Positions 14,507 through 28,799 of a DNA stretch of 64,000 nt are shown in pieces. The stretch covers positions 62,001-126,000 of the forward strand of contig JAAOMT010000785.1 in assembly GCA_016748015.1 (NCBI GenBank). The letters are read 5' to 3'. The notes beneath the pieces were generated by a model that was not told the DNA's origin, ran no database searches, and worked only from the letters and a program-made list of their open reading frames with translations. Position 1 is the stretch's first letter, and every line of letters starts with the position of its first letter. The position numbers were made by a program, and so were the translations under genes. This DNA is from Geosiphon pyriformis uo1. Its lineage: Eukaryota > Fungi > Glomeromycota.

Positions 14507-14554
14507 AAAAAATGTCCACACGAAATTCAACATTTTTTCGTGTGGACATTTTTT
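14507..14554. repeat. Perfect 19-bp inverted repeat with 10-nt spacer
   Basis: AAAAAATGTCCACACGAAA-ttcaacattt-TTTCGTGTGGACATTTTTT. Confidence 0.9.
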
Positions 14555-15467
14555 TATTCATTTACTTTTTACTGTGACTTTTGACAAATTACAGAAATTT
14601 CTAAATGATACCTAAAATACCAAAAATAGAAATTATTAGGTCAAATGGTTAAACATTAGTCAGTATTATTTAAAATGGAAAACTAATTAGTTTGTGGCTG
14701 ATAGTATATATGGTGATTGATTTCTTCAGCCATAATCATTTTATCACACTCATCACAAGCATTAAGCAATCAATATTAATATGACTCTAGCTCAGGATAG
14801 ATAACGGGATGTCAATTGATAAATCAGATTAAAAAATAAAAAAATAAAAAAAAAAGTTTCACATATAAACAATTTTTTTTTTTTGGATTAAACACGTTCG
14901 TTGTACATCATCTTTCATCATAATCTGGTTCCCCAGACTGGTTTATCACACTACATTAAATAGTTTGGAAATGCAATAAATTCAAAGTGAAGTAATCTTT
15001 GTTATCTTTGTAATGGATCAGTCTCACAAAGACAGACAGACAGACAGACAGACAGACGACCGTACATATAAATACATCATTGATTTTTTTGGTCTTTTGC
15101 TGCATAAACGAGCTAGCGGATTGGTTACAAGATAAATTGATTGATTGTGCATCGATTCACATTTTTGCGTTTAATCATATTAAAAAATGCAAAAAAAAAA
15201 TACTTTCTTGTTCATTGTGTACAAAGTTAGGATAATAATAGATGTGTAAGAAATATATATATGTTGTTTCATTGTCATTTAAAGAATATCGCCCAGTTAG
15301 ATGTTAAAAAAATAATTATATTCATAAAGATACAAAGAAACCATTTTATGTTTCAATTATTTTGCTTTAAGAAAGAACTTTAAAATGTTACACGATGATG
15401 ATTATCGAATCGTGATAAACTGATAAACCTAAAAGTGATTTAGAAGCATTATCAGTATTATTATTAA

Positions 15468-15503
<36 letters not shown>

Positions 15504-18500
15504 AAAACAACGGCTTTTGCTTGCCACAAGAAAATATGTAAACCATAATAGATAGTATACATTTATAAAATCAAGTAGAATAATCGAAAAAAAGATATTT
15601 TTTTTGAATTGAAAATAAAAAAATCATTCAAGCCTCGTCTTGAGATTTTAATCTCAAGATACAGAACACGGTAACAAATTAGGTTGAATCGAAATTTTTT
15701 TGAAAAAAAAAACCAAAACGTTAGAACTCATTATTCAATAACTATTTGTAATAATCATTTGAAGTTGATAAGCTTCTTGTTGTACTCGTGATACACGCTA
15801 CCTGATTTTCCATTCGGCACTAATTTTTTCCTGTAAAGAGTATGAGAAAAATCGTCCTTTCATTTACATACATGATTTCCTGAAATAAGTGCAACCAACC
15901 CAATATTCCCGTGTTTCAATATTGCATCAAGTTTCTTTTATTTTATTTTATTTTATTTTATTTTATTTTATTTCATCAATTCGATTGTCAGTTTGCATGT
16001 TTTTATATTCACATCAATTAATCAATATATATATCTCAATATTGCAGTGTATTCAGTGCGTTGTCAAAAAAGACTCCACCCTTTTTAAATTTCCATTTTT
16101 AGAAAGTAATAATTATGCCCAAATGAACAAAAAAACGAAATCAATGATTAATGTTTCATAGTTAATAATCCAGGCTGAAATCTCGCAAATTTTCAATGGT
16201 GTGTAAATGAACCTTTTTACATCAAATGATTGATGATGATGATGAAACAATTGAAATTTTCTCCAAAGAAAAACAATGTGTAAAATTTTTCCGTTTGTTG
16301 AAAATTATTTCATGACATAATACTAAGTTTCTATTTTCATTTGCATTAGAAAAACATTGAAACGTTTCCGTTCTTTTTTTTTTTGGTTTACAATTTTATT
16401 TTTAATTAAAATAAATCATTCTCTGTTTGGGGGAATCTTTTTTCTCACTCATTAATATAATCGATTATCTCCTTATTTTATCTTGTAAATCTACAAAGTT
16501 TTGACCGACATTTTTACAATGGTAAATTAAAAATCTTGATAAAAAAAAATCTATCATTCAAAAAAATGTATGAATGGCTTTGATTGATTTAAGATTGTAG
16601 ATGATGATGATGATGATGATGATTCTTTGTATTTTATAAAGTTATCTAATCTTTTCTCCTTTTATTTTCTTCCTCAAAGGTATTCTGTTTTATCTTGATC
16701 TTATGACTTTCATGTTGTTCTGTTTGAGTCAAACAAATAAAATAATGCTATTATGAAGATTTTTTTAACGGGATTCACAAATTAAAAAAGTTTCCACACT
16801 TGATAAATTTTTACTAAAGTGATTTTTTTCGTTCAATCTGATAATAAAAGATGGGATGACAGGGGAATAAGAATTTTTTATAATACCATTTGACTTAATA
16901 ATAATTCTCCATTAAAGGAGGCTTTTTTCTTAAAGGGTATAGGGGGTTCAGATACTCTGAAAAAAAGAGATTACAAAAATATTTCCAATTACTTTTTTCG
17001 TAAAAACATGAAAAAGGTGTAAAGCCAAGACATGAAATAATGGGCATATTTTTAGACAGACAAAAAAGAATGATTTCATCACGGTAATAAGAATTTCTTA
17101 AAAGTGCAATGCCTATTTAATACTTGAATATTTTATTCTAATTTGGGATTGATAACAAATTTCAGATGACTAAAATAACGCCCATTTAGAAACCAGTTTC
17201 TTCATTATTGACCTTAATAAATCGACAAAAATTTGTTGTGCTATAAACAAAAACGTCTCTATCAACATATGACCTAATTTTAGAGTTTTTGAATTTTTCT
17301 TGGAGAAAAAAAACGAGTCTCCTACAGAATAGTTAAGGTTGGTCAATTTTTTTTAGTCACAATCATTTAATCTTTCATCAAATATATACAGTACATACCA
17401 CAAAGCTTTGTAAGCCTCACAGCAAGTATTATAAACGAGTTCTTTTTATTTTATAAAAACAATGTTCTTCAATTCCCAGAAAGCTTGTAATCAAGATATT
17501 TTGTTTTAATAGCAAAAGGTATGAGTTAAATGATCCTCGAGATTTAGACTTTGAGTTAAAGATGCCTTGATAAAATGAATGCATCTTTCACAACATTACA
17601 TTTTGTGGTTTAACAAACTTAGATACTTTAAATTCGCAGATCTTGAGTTTTTTAGAAACAAAGAATGTATAGTAATTGAGTTCTTCATTTTGAACTGAAA
17701 TTTTTAATCGATAAAATAATTCAAAACTTTTGGATGTCGTAATTTTTCGAAAAAACTTTTTATATCATTAATTGGATATTTTTTATTTTTATTTTATTTT
17801 GGAAGTATTGAGTTCTTCAATTTGAAAGTTATTTCCCAATTTGTGAATCAATTTCTCATTTTATAGAAAAAGCTATTGTAACATTAAATCATGAGTAATT
17901 TTTTCCCCAAGAATGAGATGAGGTATAATTAATGCCATAGCCTCTTTAGAAACCACACTAAAAAATTAATTTTTAGAAAGTTCTAATGTACCATTAATAC
18001 TATTTTTATCATCAAAATTAACCAGAGAATAAATTTATACTTTTAAATCAATGCTTTTCATTAGGTTTTCAATGTCAACTAATGTAATTAGTCTTTCTAA
18101 AATTACTTTAGCATTAATTTATATGCCAAAGATTTTAGTTTCTGTACAATAATGAACTCTGTCCTTTGAAATATCTTATCAATACTGGTTATTTCATTCT
18201 TTGAAATTTATTTATGGTTATAATACTTTTTCCAAAGTTGACTTGATTAATATGAAGTTTCAATTTTTTTTATTAGCATTAAAAATTCAATAAATATTAT
18301 AAAAACCACTTTTTGGATGTAATATTGGTAAATATTCATTAACTGAAAATAATATTTTCTAAAATTCGGTATATATAAAAATATTGATTAGTTGAAACAT
18401 CTAATATCCTCAAAAAAAATTTCAAAAAATTAAATACTTTGTTTTGGCTAATACCAAACTAGAAATTTTGATTAACCATTTTACTCAAAATATCTTGAAA

Positions 18501-19386
18501 CTCAAGGAATTATGGCTGATATAATAATTTTAGCTATCAAAATGGTTTACCTTACCACTTTCTGAAATATAATAAAATCAAGAATTTTAAATTAATTACT
18601 AAAGTTAAATTAGAGATTAAATCATAACTTAATATTTAATTTCTTGTATTTTTTTGGTTTTCAAAATAGTTTGGTTGGTAAAATAATTGATTATTGATGG
18701 TCAAATAATTCATTTAATTAAAATTGTCATCAACTTTCAATATGAAAATATAAAGATTTTGATCAAAAATATTTTAAAATTAAATAATTAATGTTCAAAG
18801 ATTATTTCTTGGTAAATCCACTTTGATTAATCAACCAAAAAGAAAAATAAAATGGATATTTTTTTTTTAGATTCGATTACCATTTTTCTCAAATGTATTT
18901 ATTCTTATAAATCGGTTATATGTTCTTTTTGGCCATGTTTCATATCGACTTCTTAACTAATTAATATATTCCAGAAACAATCGTAATTTCAATAATTCCA
19001 AAAATCTAGTTACTATTTTTATTTAAGTTAAATCATTTAAAATTACATTCTCTTACCCATTTAGAATTGTTTTTATAATCCTTTATATAATTTTCTATTT
19101 TATAATTATGTTTTAAACTTTAAAAAAAAAAAACTTTTCAATTATTAATAATTTATTAATAATTTTTGTTTTTTTATATTATTTGTATTGTAATATATTT
19201 TTAGTGAATTCATTATTGGATAGCTTTGAAATTATAAAAATTAAAATTAAATAATAAATACTAAATTAAATTAAACTAAACGTTATATTTTTAAAATTGG
19301 TTAAAGATAAAGATAGCATTGTAATTAATTATAAATTTCATGAAAATATTATAATTGATTGCAATCATTTTTATTAAAAGCCATAA

Positions 19387-19417
<31 letters not shown>

Positions 19418-20737
19418 GAAATATAATCAGTTGAAGCAAAAAAATACAATTTTCAATCAACATTATCGGTTGATAAAAAAGACTTTTATAATATATATCA
19501 TTATGTTGAAATGAAATATAAAAAATTATGGTAATATTATTTTACAATAAATTTATGAAATTCATCATATCAAAATGATATTGAGTTCTTTATAACGGTA
19601 ATTAATATAATTCCCAACTAAATTCAAATTTTATTTATTATTCGCCAAATTATTTCTTTCACTTTTAATATAAATCTCTGATTGAGTCAACCTGTAAATA
19701 AGGAAAAAGGTTTATTTGGAATGATTTCATGCATTCCACAAAGGAGAAAGATTTACAAGGGCTAGTGAAATTTTTTAATTTAAAGATAATATTATAAAAA
19801 TTGAAATCTATTTCATGTTAAATTTATTGTACTTGAAATGAATTCAGTATTTTTTTAAATTGATCTCAAAAAAGGTTAAATGTATTTGAATAAATTTTTT
19901 CACTTGATTTATTAGGTATATTGAATAACAAAATTTATTTTTATGACTAATTTCTAGGCTTTACAATTTATTGGTTTTTTTTAATATTCAAGCTTATGAA
20001 AAAAATATTACTTTAATTATTTTAAGAAAGTCAATCAAATGAGGTTCAAGTTTCTATTTTAATAATTTGCGAAATCAATTTAACTCAATTTAACTCATTT
20101 TAACTCAATTAAAGTTAAAAAAAACCTAAATTTATATTAAAAAAAAATTTTTATTTTTCAAAAATGAAATGTTGAAATTTATTTGTAATATAAATTAAAA
20201 AATGTAAAAAAATTTATTATTCACTAAAATATATATTATTTATATTAATAAAAATCTCTGAATTATAATTTTTTTGACAATAAATAAATTTTTTCAAATC
20301 ATACATAAAAAATTTTTTGATTAAATACTTTTTTTGGTAATCATAATGATAAAACAATGGGGTTTAATTAATTATATTTTTGGCATATGTTTAAATGATC
20401 ATCAATAACTTTAAATAAAATTATTTATTTATCTTAAATAAACTTAAATGTAGAAAATATTTAGTTTGACAAAATTTTTAATGAAATATTTTTTTCTTTC
20501 AAATATTAAAAAAAAAACAGAAAAAATTGATATCCAAAAATTTTTATTTGAATTACAGATTAGATTATAATTTTATTTGACTTATTATGATGAAAAAGAA
20601 GATAGACCGTTTAAAAAGTATCCTCTGTGATCTTTTCTTTTTTGCGACTGGATTAAAATAAAACGTTAAATAATTGAATCCGCTTCGAATTTTCAAAAAA
20701 ATTTCGTCTAAATTTTAGAAAATCTCCCATATTTCCA

Positions 20738-21921
20738 TTATAAATCTGTAGACACCCTAATTTTACACTTGTCACACAAATAATTGGATTCAACAACTCC
20801 ATCGTCAATTACAATTTCCATTGACTCACCGCTATCATCCGATCGTAATTCATTTTGTAATCCATTTTCAGCATTACCACACTTTTTTCCAATTTTATCA
20901 CGTAGTCTATGTACACCGACTTGAATTACATAAACCAGCATAAAGAAAAAATACATCCCAATATACCAATAGATTGCTTTTATACCATTTTCCCACGAGA
21001 GAAATTCATAGACCCAAAAATTCCGCCTTAAATGAAGGTTACAAAAAGGATGGTTGGTTTTCAGGTCACTAAAATTCCGAAAACCTTTTAAATTTCGAAT
21101 CCATTGAAAACAATAAAGAACTCACCAAAGATGAACCACCCAAGCTTCAAACATGAATAATAGAATAAAGCTTATGGTGATCAGGAAGAATGGCCACACC
21201 ATAACTTGTCGATTCAAAGCGACCTCAATACACATCATTAAAGCGTTTACCGCGTGTAATGATACGTTGCGCCACCATACTTCGAGGGGTGTGTCAGTAG
21301 TCAAATTATGTGCTAGAAATAACCAGTAGACGATTGAAACTATAAAACTGAAATGAGATTTTAAGAAAAGAATATTAAATGACATAAAACCTTTGCAAGT
21401 AAAAAAATAATGTTCAACTTACTGATAATGACATATCGTATGATAGAGTGTCCAGAACAAGAAATTCAAGTATTTCGGTAAACATAAATTTCTTCTACGA
21501 ATATATTTACACGAGTAAAATATTGCTAACTGCATGAAATATAAAAATAAATTTTGAGATCTCCCAAACTTGAACCCTTTGAAACTTTATCCTCTTCATT
21601 CTTCAGGAAACTGCTCACCAAAAAATAAGAAACTAGTCCAATAAAACTTAAATAAGTGAAATAAAATATTAAATCTACATTTCTTCTTTTAATGAGATCC
21701 ACAGAGACTGAAGCCAATACGATCAAGCCATATAGGGCAAACAAGATTCTAATTATTAATAATGTTTTTGGACGAATAAACCATGATGTTGTTGAAAGTT
21801 CTGGGTTAAATGTCTCAAATTTGAAGAATCTTGAGCAAGAAAGTAATAGGGAAGAACCTAAAGAGGTTTTGTGTTGTTTTTCTGTGTTTTCCATTGTGGT
21901 TGTAGTGGATATGATTCTCAT
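20738..21921 (-). CDS. FAR-17a/AIG1-like multi-pass membrane protein; exons 21921(or 21894)-21619, 21529-21423, 21347-21126, 21026-20738
   Basis: Three GT-AG introns keep frame. Motifs FYFTYLSF, LFWTLY, SIVYW, SLHAVN and WVYEFL, plus several hydrophobic helices. Confidence 0.8.
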
Positions 21922-24528
21922 TTATGCAAATAGGGATTTATTTTCAATTTCTGTTTTTGGCAAAAACAGCTGACATATGATTAAAAGTAAAAAGAATGAA
22001 TGTATGTATGTATGTATGTATGTATGTGTGTAATTAATTCTCCTATCCTTGAAAATACAATTAAGGAAAGAAATGAAGGCTTTTTTTTTTGAAAAATCGG
22101 TAAAGATGAGCCACCATTTATTCAGATCCGTTCCTTGAAATTTTTTCAAAGTGTGGGAAAACAATTTTATTGTCGTTCCGAAAGCTTTTATTTGTTTGTC
22201 GTTGTTGTGGTGATTGTTGCCAAGAAACGCGGGGTGGGTCAAATCTATTTTCACTTCAACCTCGCAACTCCCTTTTTCTGATCGTGAGAGCTCGTTCAAA
22301 GATAAATTGTTGGCCGGTTTCTTTCAAGTTCCAGGGGGCAAAATTGAAACTGGTGAAATTTTCCCTATGATTGAGAAAGAATTTTTAAGATTGCAAGGAG
22401 TAAAAGAATCATGCGAGCTTTGAGCCTGGATAATTCAAGCACCCGAGAACTTCGTATAATTACAAGTTTTGCCAATTCTAAAAATAGAATTAGAGTAATC
22501 AACGCTTTCCATGGCTCTCATTTCATTTTGAACATGGATATTTATTTTCCTATCATACCTCCCTCCTTAAGATGATCGATTTGTGTGAATCTTTGTTTTA
22601 TTTATTAAATTCAGATAGATTTTTTTTTTGAATTTAAATCTTATCGCCGCCGTTTTAAAATGGAAAGTTTTTGACCTGACTCACATTGCTCATTTTCATC
22701 TATAACTATATCATCTATTTGTGGATGATTACAAATATATAACGTAAAATATAAAAAATATAAAAATTTTTTATTCTATTTATTTAAATAATATTTATGT
22801 AAAAAAATAATTAATCTTAAATAAATTTTAATACAATTTATTTGAATAAAGAATTTTAGTTTTTTAATATATGAATATTTTTGATTTTACTTTTTATTAA
22901 TATTATGAGATCAATAATAATTATTTAAATAATTTAAGATTTAAAAGTTTTATTTAAATATGAAAATTAATTAATAAAATATTTTTTTTCCAAATGATAT
23001 TTTTCATATTTTTTATATTTTTTATATTTTTTATATTTTTGTTTATAAATCAATACATAAAACTTTTTTAATAATCCATCTTAATAATTTACTTTTATAT
23101 TTTACATTTTCTAATTTTTTCTAAATAATGCTTTTTTTATATATACTTAAATATCAAATAATATATTTTTATTTTTGATATAATTTATTTCAACATATTA
23201 TGAATTTAAAATTTATTGGTACATATCAAAAATTAAATTTTTTATTTATTTATAATTATTAAAAATAAACCATTTATCTTAATTGGATATATATGTATGA
23301 ATTTTTGTTGTTCGATTACAACAAAATAAATATTAAGAAATTGTATAAGATTTTTAATTTACTATTAAAATAATTAAACGAATTCAAATATCAACCATTT
23401 TGTATTTGATGGGATAATTTTTTTGATGTAATGATTATTGTTCAATAGCCAATTTCACATAATGTTTCAGCTTTCACAAGATTCAAAAATGGTGTGAATA
23501 TGCAATGTTCTAATTTTATAATAAGAAATTATAAGTTTGAAAATGAAACCAATATTTGAGCCACGTTATTCATTGTCTTTCATTACTCATTAGATAGTTG
23601 GAGCCCCGAACCAGTGGATAAAAAAAAAGGGTATGATGTTTCATATTCAAATAATTTGATGTACATGTACTATGTTGTTATAAATTACCCCTATTAATTC
23701 AGATGCATTTTCTTTCCCATTGAAGAATAGTTTCACGTCAAAAGAATGATATTGTTGATGTTCTTTCAGTAAAAACTCTGTGCATGTATTGTTTATCATT
23801 TGGAATTAGGCATTAACTAATATCAATCGGGAGTTGTTAAAAATGATGCACTATAAGAATTTGCTCTGTGAATACATCAATTTTCAAATGCGAATCCTTG
23901 AAAGTATTTGAGTGTTAGAAGACATGATTTCTCATTCAAAAATGCAAAGGATCGATTTTTTAGGATATTCGAAGCTTTGCTAAGAAATAGAGAGCACAAC
24001 ATATTACCATCAAAGTCTTCAAACTAATCTTGAAATTTCATTGCGCATGTAAATTCCAAAAATAGTTTTGACCCTAGATACGTTTCATCATTGAGGTAAC
24101 CTTTGCCTCTTATTAGGAACTCTTTAGGAAAAGATTGTAAAAAGATAATCATAGGGAAATTTTATTTCCAAACAAAGATTTTTAATAGTGATGAAAAAAT
24201 GCATTTTCCTTCAGTTGAGCAAATAAAATTTTGTTTTCTATCAATTTTTTCTTCACCTCAATATAGAGCATTCAAATCTATTAAATTTTTGATTTTTATC
24301 TAAATTCACTTGGTTTTGCGACTAAATATTTATCAATAATTCAATTAGCAATTAAATATTTTGGCCTCAAAATTACATCCAGTTTTCAGCAAAATCTATA
24401 ATTCTAATGGTATTAATTTTGTACAAGGAACAAATTTATGTAGAAAGAGTTTAGTAAAGGTAAAACTGTAATAGAATCTACAAATACATAAATGATTATT
24501 AAACCAAATTTTGTCCGCCACTGTGGTT

Positions 24529-25975
24529 TCATATTAATCCAAAACCTATTGTCAAAGATAAAATCATCAGTAATATTTTCGTTTGACTTTCTTTAAGTAT
24601 TAACTTTATAGATCGCGAAGCGTTAGAAGTCTGATTCGATCCTTGTGTTGATACTGTTGAATTGTTTTTAGTTGAAGTGATTTCCGTGCCGGACCTTTTT
24701 CCTTCATTTTTATTTTTCGATTCAATGGTTTTGTTGGTATTACCAGGGGTAGAATAATTCGTTGAACTTTTACTTAAATTTCCACTACCCAAGCTAGCCG
24801 ATCCTGAATTGGTATTATTCTTATATGGGTTAACACTTGTACATTCAGCAATAGTCTTCAACTTCCAACCCGCATCTTTCAAAATGTTCATAGCATCAGG
24901 AGCCAACTCCGCGGTGTGTTCATACAAATCATGTTCTAACGAAATATGTCCATAATCCAGTTCGGTTTTCTGGGTAGACCATAGAGTAAAATTATCAGTT
25001 ACCCATTGGATTTCGAAATTTGGATCGCTGACCGATACCCAATCTCTACTATCACGATCCCAGATGGCGGTTTTATATCCTAGTTGTTCTATAATTCCGC
25101 GAACTCGATCATCGTAGTCACCGTATGGAGGTCGGACTAAAGTCGGTATAAGACCACCGGTCGCCGCTTCAATCGCTTTCTCGGTCCATTTAATTTCCGC
25201 AATGATTTGTTCGGTTGATTGTGTGGTAAGTGCGGTGTGTGACCAAGTGTGTATTGCAATTTCGTGACCTAAAAATTATGAAATTGAGTCAAAATTGTTA
25301 TTATTATAGTTTCCCCTTTAATATTGTATTAAATTTGAGAATTAAAAATTGATTGCGCTGAAACCCACCAGAATCAACTGCCTTCTTTACAATTTCTGGA
25401 TACTCAACCACGCGAAAGCCAACTAAAAAGAAAGTCGCTTTTACGCCAGCCGCATCTAATGCATCAATAAGTTTATCCGTGTAAGGTCTGAATGATAATT
25501 GATTAATTAATTAATTAATTAATTAATTTCTAAATTTAGAATATGGATCAACTGACTGAACCAAATTTGTAAAAGAGGAGAAAAACTTACGAAGGTCCAT
25601 CATCATATGACAATCCCCAATCTGAATAATGGAAAGACAGGGTTAATTGTTGATATTAATCCCCATTCAAGGTTTAGGCATTGAATAAAACTTACCTCCT
25701 TGATCAGGGCATTCAACGATATCATCAGGTCGAGTACATCCGTCACATGACCAATTACAAGTTTCCACTCCGGGTGTACAGACTCCAACACTTTGTACAA
25801 GTGATATTTTTGGTAGGGTTCTCTTTTTCACTAATTTGTTCCAAATTTTCTTTGTGGGTGGTGGGAGAATTGGGGCTGGCCATTTACCCGGTAATTTAGC
25901 GTCAACGCTTTTTGATGAGAGAAGGGTCAATATGAAGAGGAAGAGAAGGGTTAAAAAGGTTTTTGAAGTAGTCAT
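24529..25975 (-). CDS. Chitin deacetylase (CE4/NodB), secreted and probably GPI-anchored; exons 25975-25696, 25621-25591, 25487-25369, 25268-24529
   Basis: Signal peptide and Cys-rich segment, then WGLSYDDGP, ATFF, HEIAIHTWSH, RPPYG, DSRDW and ISLEHD, followed by a Ser/Thr/Asn stalk and a hydrophobic C-terminus. All three introns are GT-AG and keep frame. Confidence 0.93.
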
Positions 25976-28620
25976 TTTGTATAATTTATCGAGTGATTAA
26001 GCTAAGGTTCTATAGACGAGTTTTCAAAGGAAGTAATTTTTCTCGTTGAGAGAATAGCCTTTTCCAGAAAGGTGGGTTTTGTAAAAATGTAAAAGCGTCA
26101 AGCTTTAAAGAATTAAGGAAAGTTTTTCCGAAATCTTTTTTGTTTTTCTCGGGAATTTGTTTTCGTGAAAATTCACTTAATGAAATGAAATTTTTTTTCT
26201 TTAAATAAGATTAGACTATATTTTATCACCAAAGGTTGGTTAAGAATAACCAGCTAAACCCGTAAAAAATCTAGAAAAGACGACCGAAAAATGCGTCTTT
26301 ACCCGATTGTTTTTTTCAAAAAAACAAAAAAGAAAAGAAAGCTGCTTTTTTTGCCAGCCGTAGTGGGAAACGGCTGAAAAAGAAAATTAAGAAAACACAA
26401 ATGACTCAAAGTGCGCAAATGATCGAATGGTGAACCCTCTCCTTACTCTTTATCGTTCCTGTACTCAATTTATAATTTTTCCAACGCCGATTGACAGGTA
26501 AGTACAAAATGTAGGAACGAAATCTTATCACAAATGATTTATATCAACAAATTAGAATATAGCCAATATACCGGCCGAAACCATTATGCACACGGAATAT
26601 TGATTACACAAATTGCTATTTTTCTATTGTTGTCAGACCTTTTTTCATGCACCTGAATACGTTTAGAATGTATCGGAAATAGTATTTTTCAATGATTACC
26701 AGTGAAATTAAAATTATAAAGTTAATTCTTGTATGCTAAATATAAGTTTAATTTTCCTTGTTGGCGGTCAGAAACGAATAAAGCACCAATATAACTCCTT
26801 TTAAACCTTAAATTCATCTGTTCGACAAAGTATTTGTTGTCTGTTTTTTTAATATGGTATTTTAAAACAGTATTTTCAGGTTTAATTTTTAACTGCAAAT
26901 TAATTTCACAACAAAAGGAAAAGATGACTTTGTATTTTCTCTTACAATCTTATGGTCATGGACTAAAAGCGTTTGGAGTTTTACGCAAAATGTATTATTC
27001 ATATTTCTGAGATCAACGACACAGGATTAATTTAACAAATTTTATTTGACAATGTGTAACTTGAAACGTTATCTTTGGATATGTTTTATGACGCCCCATA
27101 AAACTTCAGGGGCTCAGTGTCAACCATCGCAACAATACCACTATAAATATAATCGAGATCTTAATTTCTTGTTGCACAATTTAAATTTGAAATTTGAAAG
27201 ATTGTGAAATAAATGATACCTTAATAATCTAACCATAATATATTTTTTTAAATCTGTCAAAAAATCTTGATAAACAGATTTATTGCTAATCTTTGCAAAT
27301 AAAAATCCAAGTAATTATGTAAAAAAATCTTTTATTTTCATTAAATGTTTTTATAATAAAAAAAATATCATTATATGTTGAAGAACAAATTTTAAATATC
27401 AAAAAAATATAAATTATTAAAAGATTTAAGATAAAGAATAAGTTAAAATATATTATAAAATAATTAATATTAAAAATATTAATATGAAATGAAAGAGTTT
27501 AAAAATATAAAAATAAATTTAAAATTTAAAGTTCAAATTCAAAACAAATCTTAAAATCTAATATTCCTTTGTTTTTGTTTTTTAAAAAACAAATTACAAA
27601 ATAGTTTATTAATAAAATCTTTTTTATAAATATTTATTAATATTTATTAATATTAATTTACATTTCTATATTTTTAATTATCCATATTTTTTTTTTAATT
27701 TTGTTAAATTTTAATTATTAAATTTATTTAATCTTTAATTTGTTTTGAGATTTTATTTATAATAAAATATTTATTGAAAAAATCATTATAAATTATAAAT
27801 TCTGGCAATTTTTATTATTTGTTAATTATTAATAAACAATCACATTAATAATTCATCTTTAAAAAATGAATTTTTTTAATATATAAATTCACTTTTTTTA
27901 CTTTAGCTCTTTTACGTTTTAATTGATAAATATTCTTACACACCTTTTCTCAATCAAAGAAAAATCGATAATTAAAATAATTTACTCATGTGCGATGCCT
28001 CTTAATTCAGGTCATTTTCAGACATAAACTTGCACTTGTAAGAAAGATGATATAGCCAGCAATTTGCTTTGCTTGTGTTATCATATCACTATTAAATTCA
28101 CTTTTTCTTAGCTTCATCGATCAATACGACTATTGACAGAATATTTAATATGAGCCAAACCACAGCTTCTATCAAGCCACTCTTCTGATCAGATGCGTTT
28201 TACTGCTGAAGATAGAGATAAACTCTTGGCAGGTCAACTCATTCCGATTGTTTACTTCGATCTTGAATGCGAATAGAAGGACTGATTTCACATTCGCCAT
28301 CTTTACCTTAATGAATGCAAACTCATTTTTAGTTTCTTCCTCATTGCTTTCCTTTTCTTGTCCACTGTACAATAAAGGGGTTCTTTTGACAAAGTTTAGA
28401 TACAATTTGGGAGAAGTTTTATACTAGTCAAGAAACTGAATTAGTGTCGTTTTGCATTCAACATCGATCCACACTATTAAGCTTTGACAACTGTTTGAAC
28501 TCAATCCTTATACTTTGATTAAGAAAGTATTAATAGCAATAAAATAGTAACATTTTATAAATACTCTAAGGGAAAATTAAATACAAAATGTTTATTTGGA
28601 AATGAGTGATAAAAGGAATA

Positions 28621-28694
28621 TGCTCACAGCAGGGGTCGAACCTGCGACCTTGGCGTTATTAGCACCACGCTCTAACCAACTGAGCTATGCGAGC
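28621..28694 (-). tRNA. tRNA-Ile (anticodon AAT)
   Basis: Reverse complement GCTCGCATAGCTCAGTTGGTTAGAGCGTGGTGCTAATAACGCCAAGGTCGCAGGTTCGACCCCTGCTGTGAGCA folds as a cloverleaf with A and B boxes. Anticodon loop is CTAATAA; a T4 terminator follows. Confidence 0.96.
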
Positions 28695-28799
28695 TAATCT
28701 TGTCACTATGTGCAAATTTTGTTATATATTTTGATTATTAATTTATTGTCCGAGGTGGTATTTAACTCATTCGTTAGACTTTTTGCGGAATATCTACTC

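Noticed and set aside
17150-19000. Possible decayed F-box/LRR gene on the minus strand (IEELN, LKYLSL)
   Set aside because: Fragmentary, with no continuous frame. Would need tBLASTn to support.
23380-24400. Coding-like texture downstream of the chitin deacetylase
   Set aside because: No recognisable motif and multiple stops in all frames.
28020-28500. 77-aa ORF and a Walker-B-like VVLIDEA word
   Set aside because: No Walker A motif or continuous frame; could be chance.
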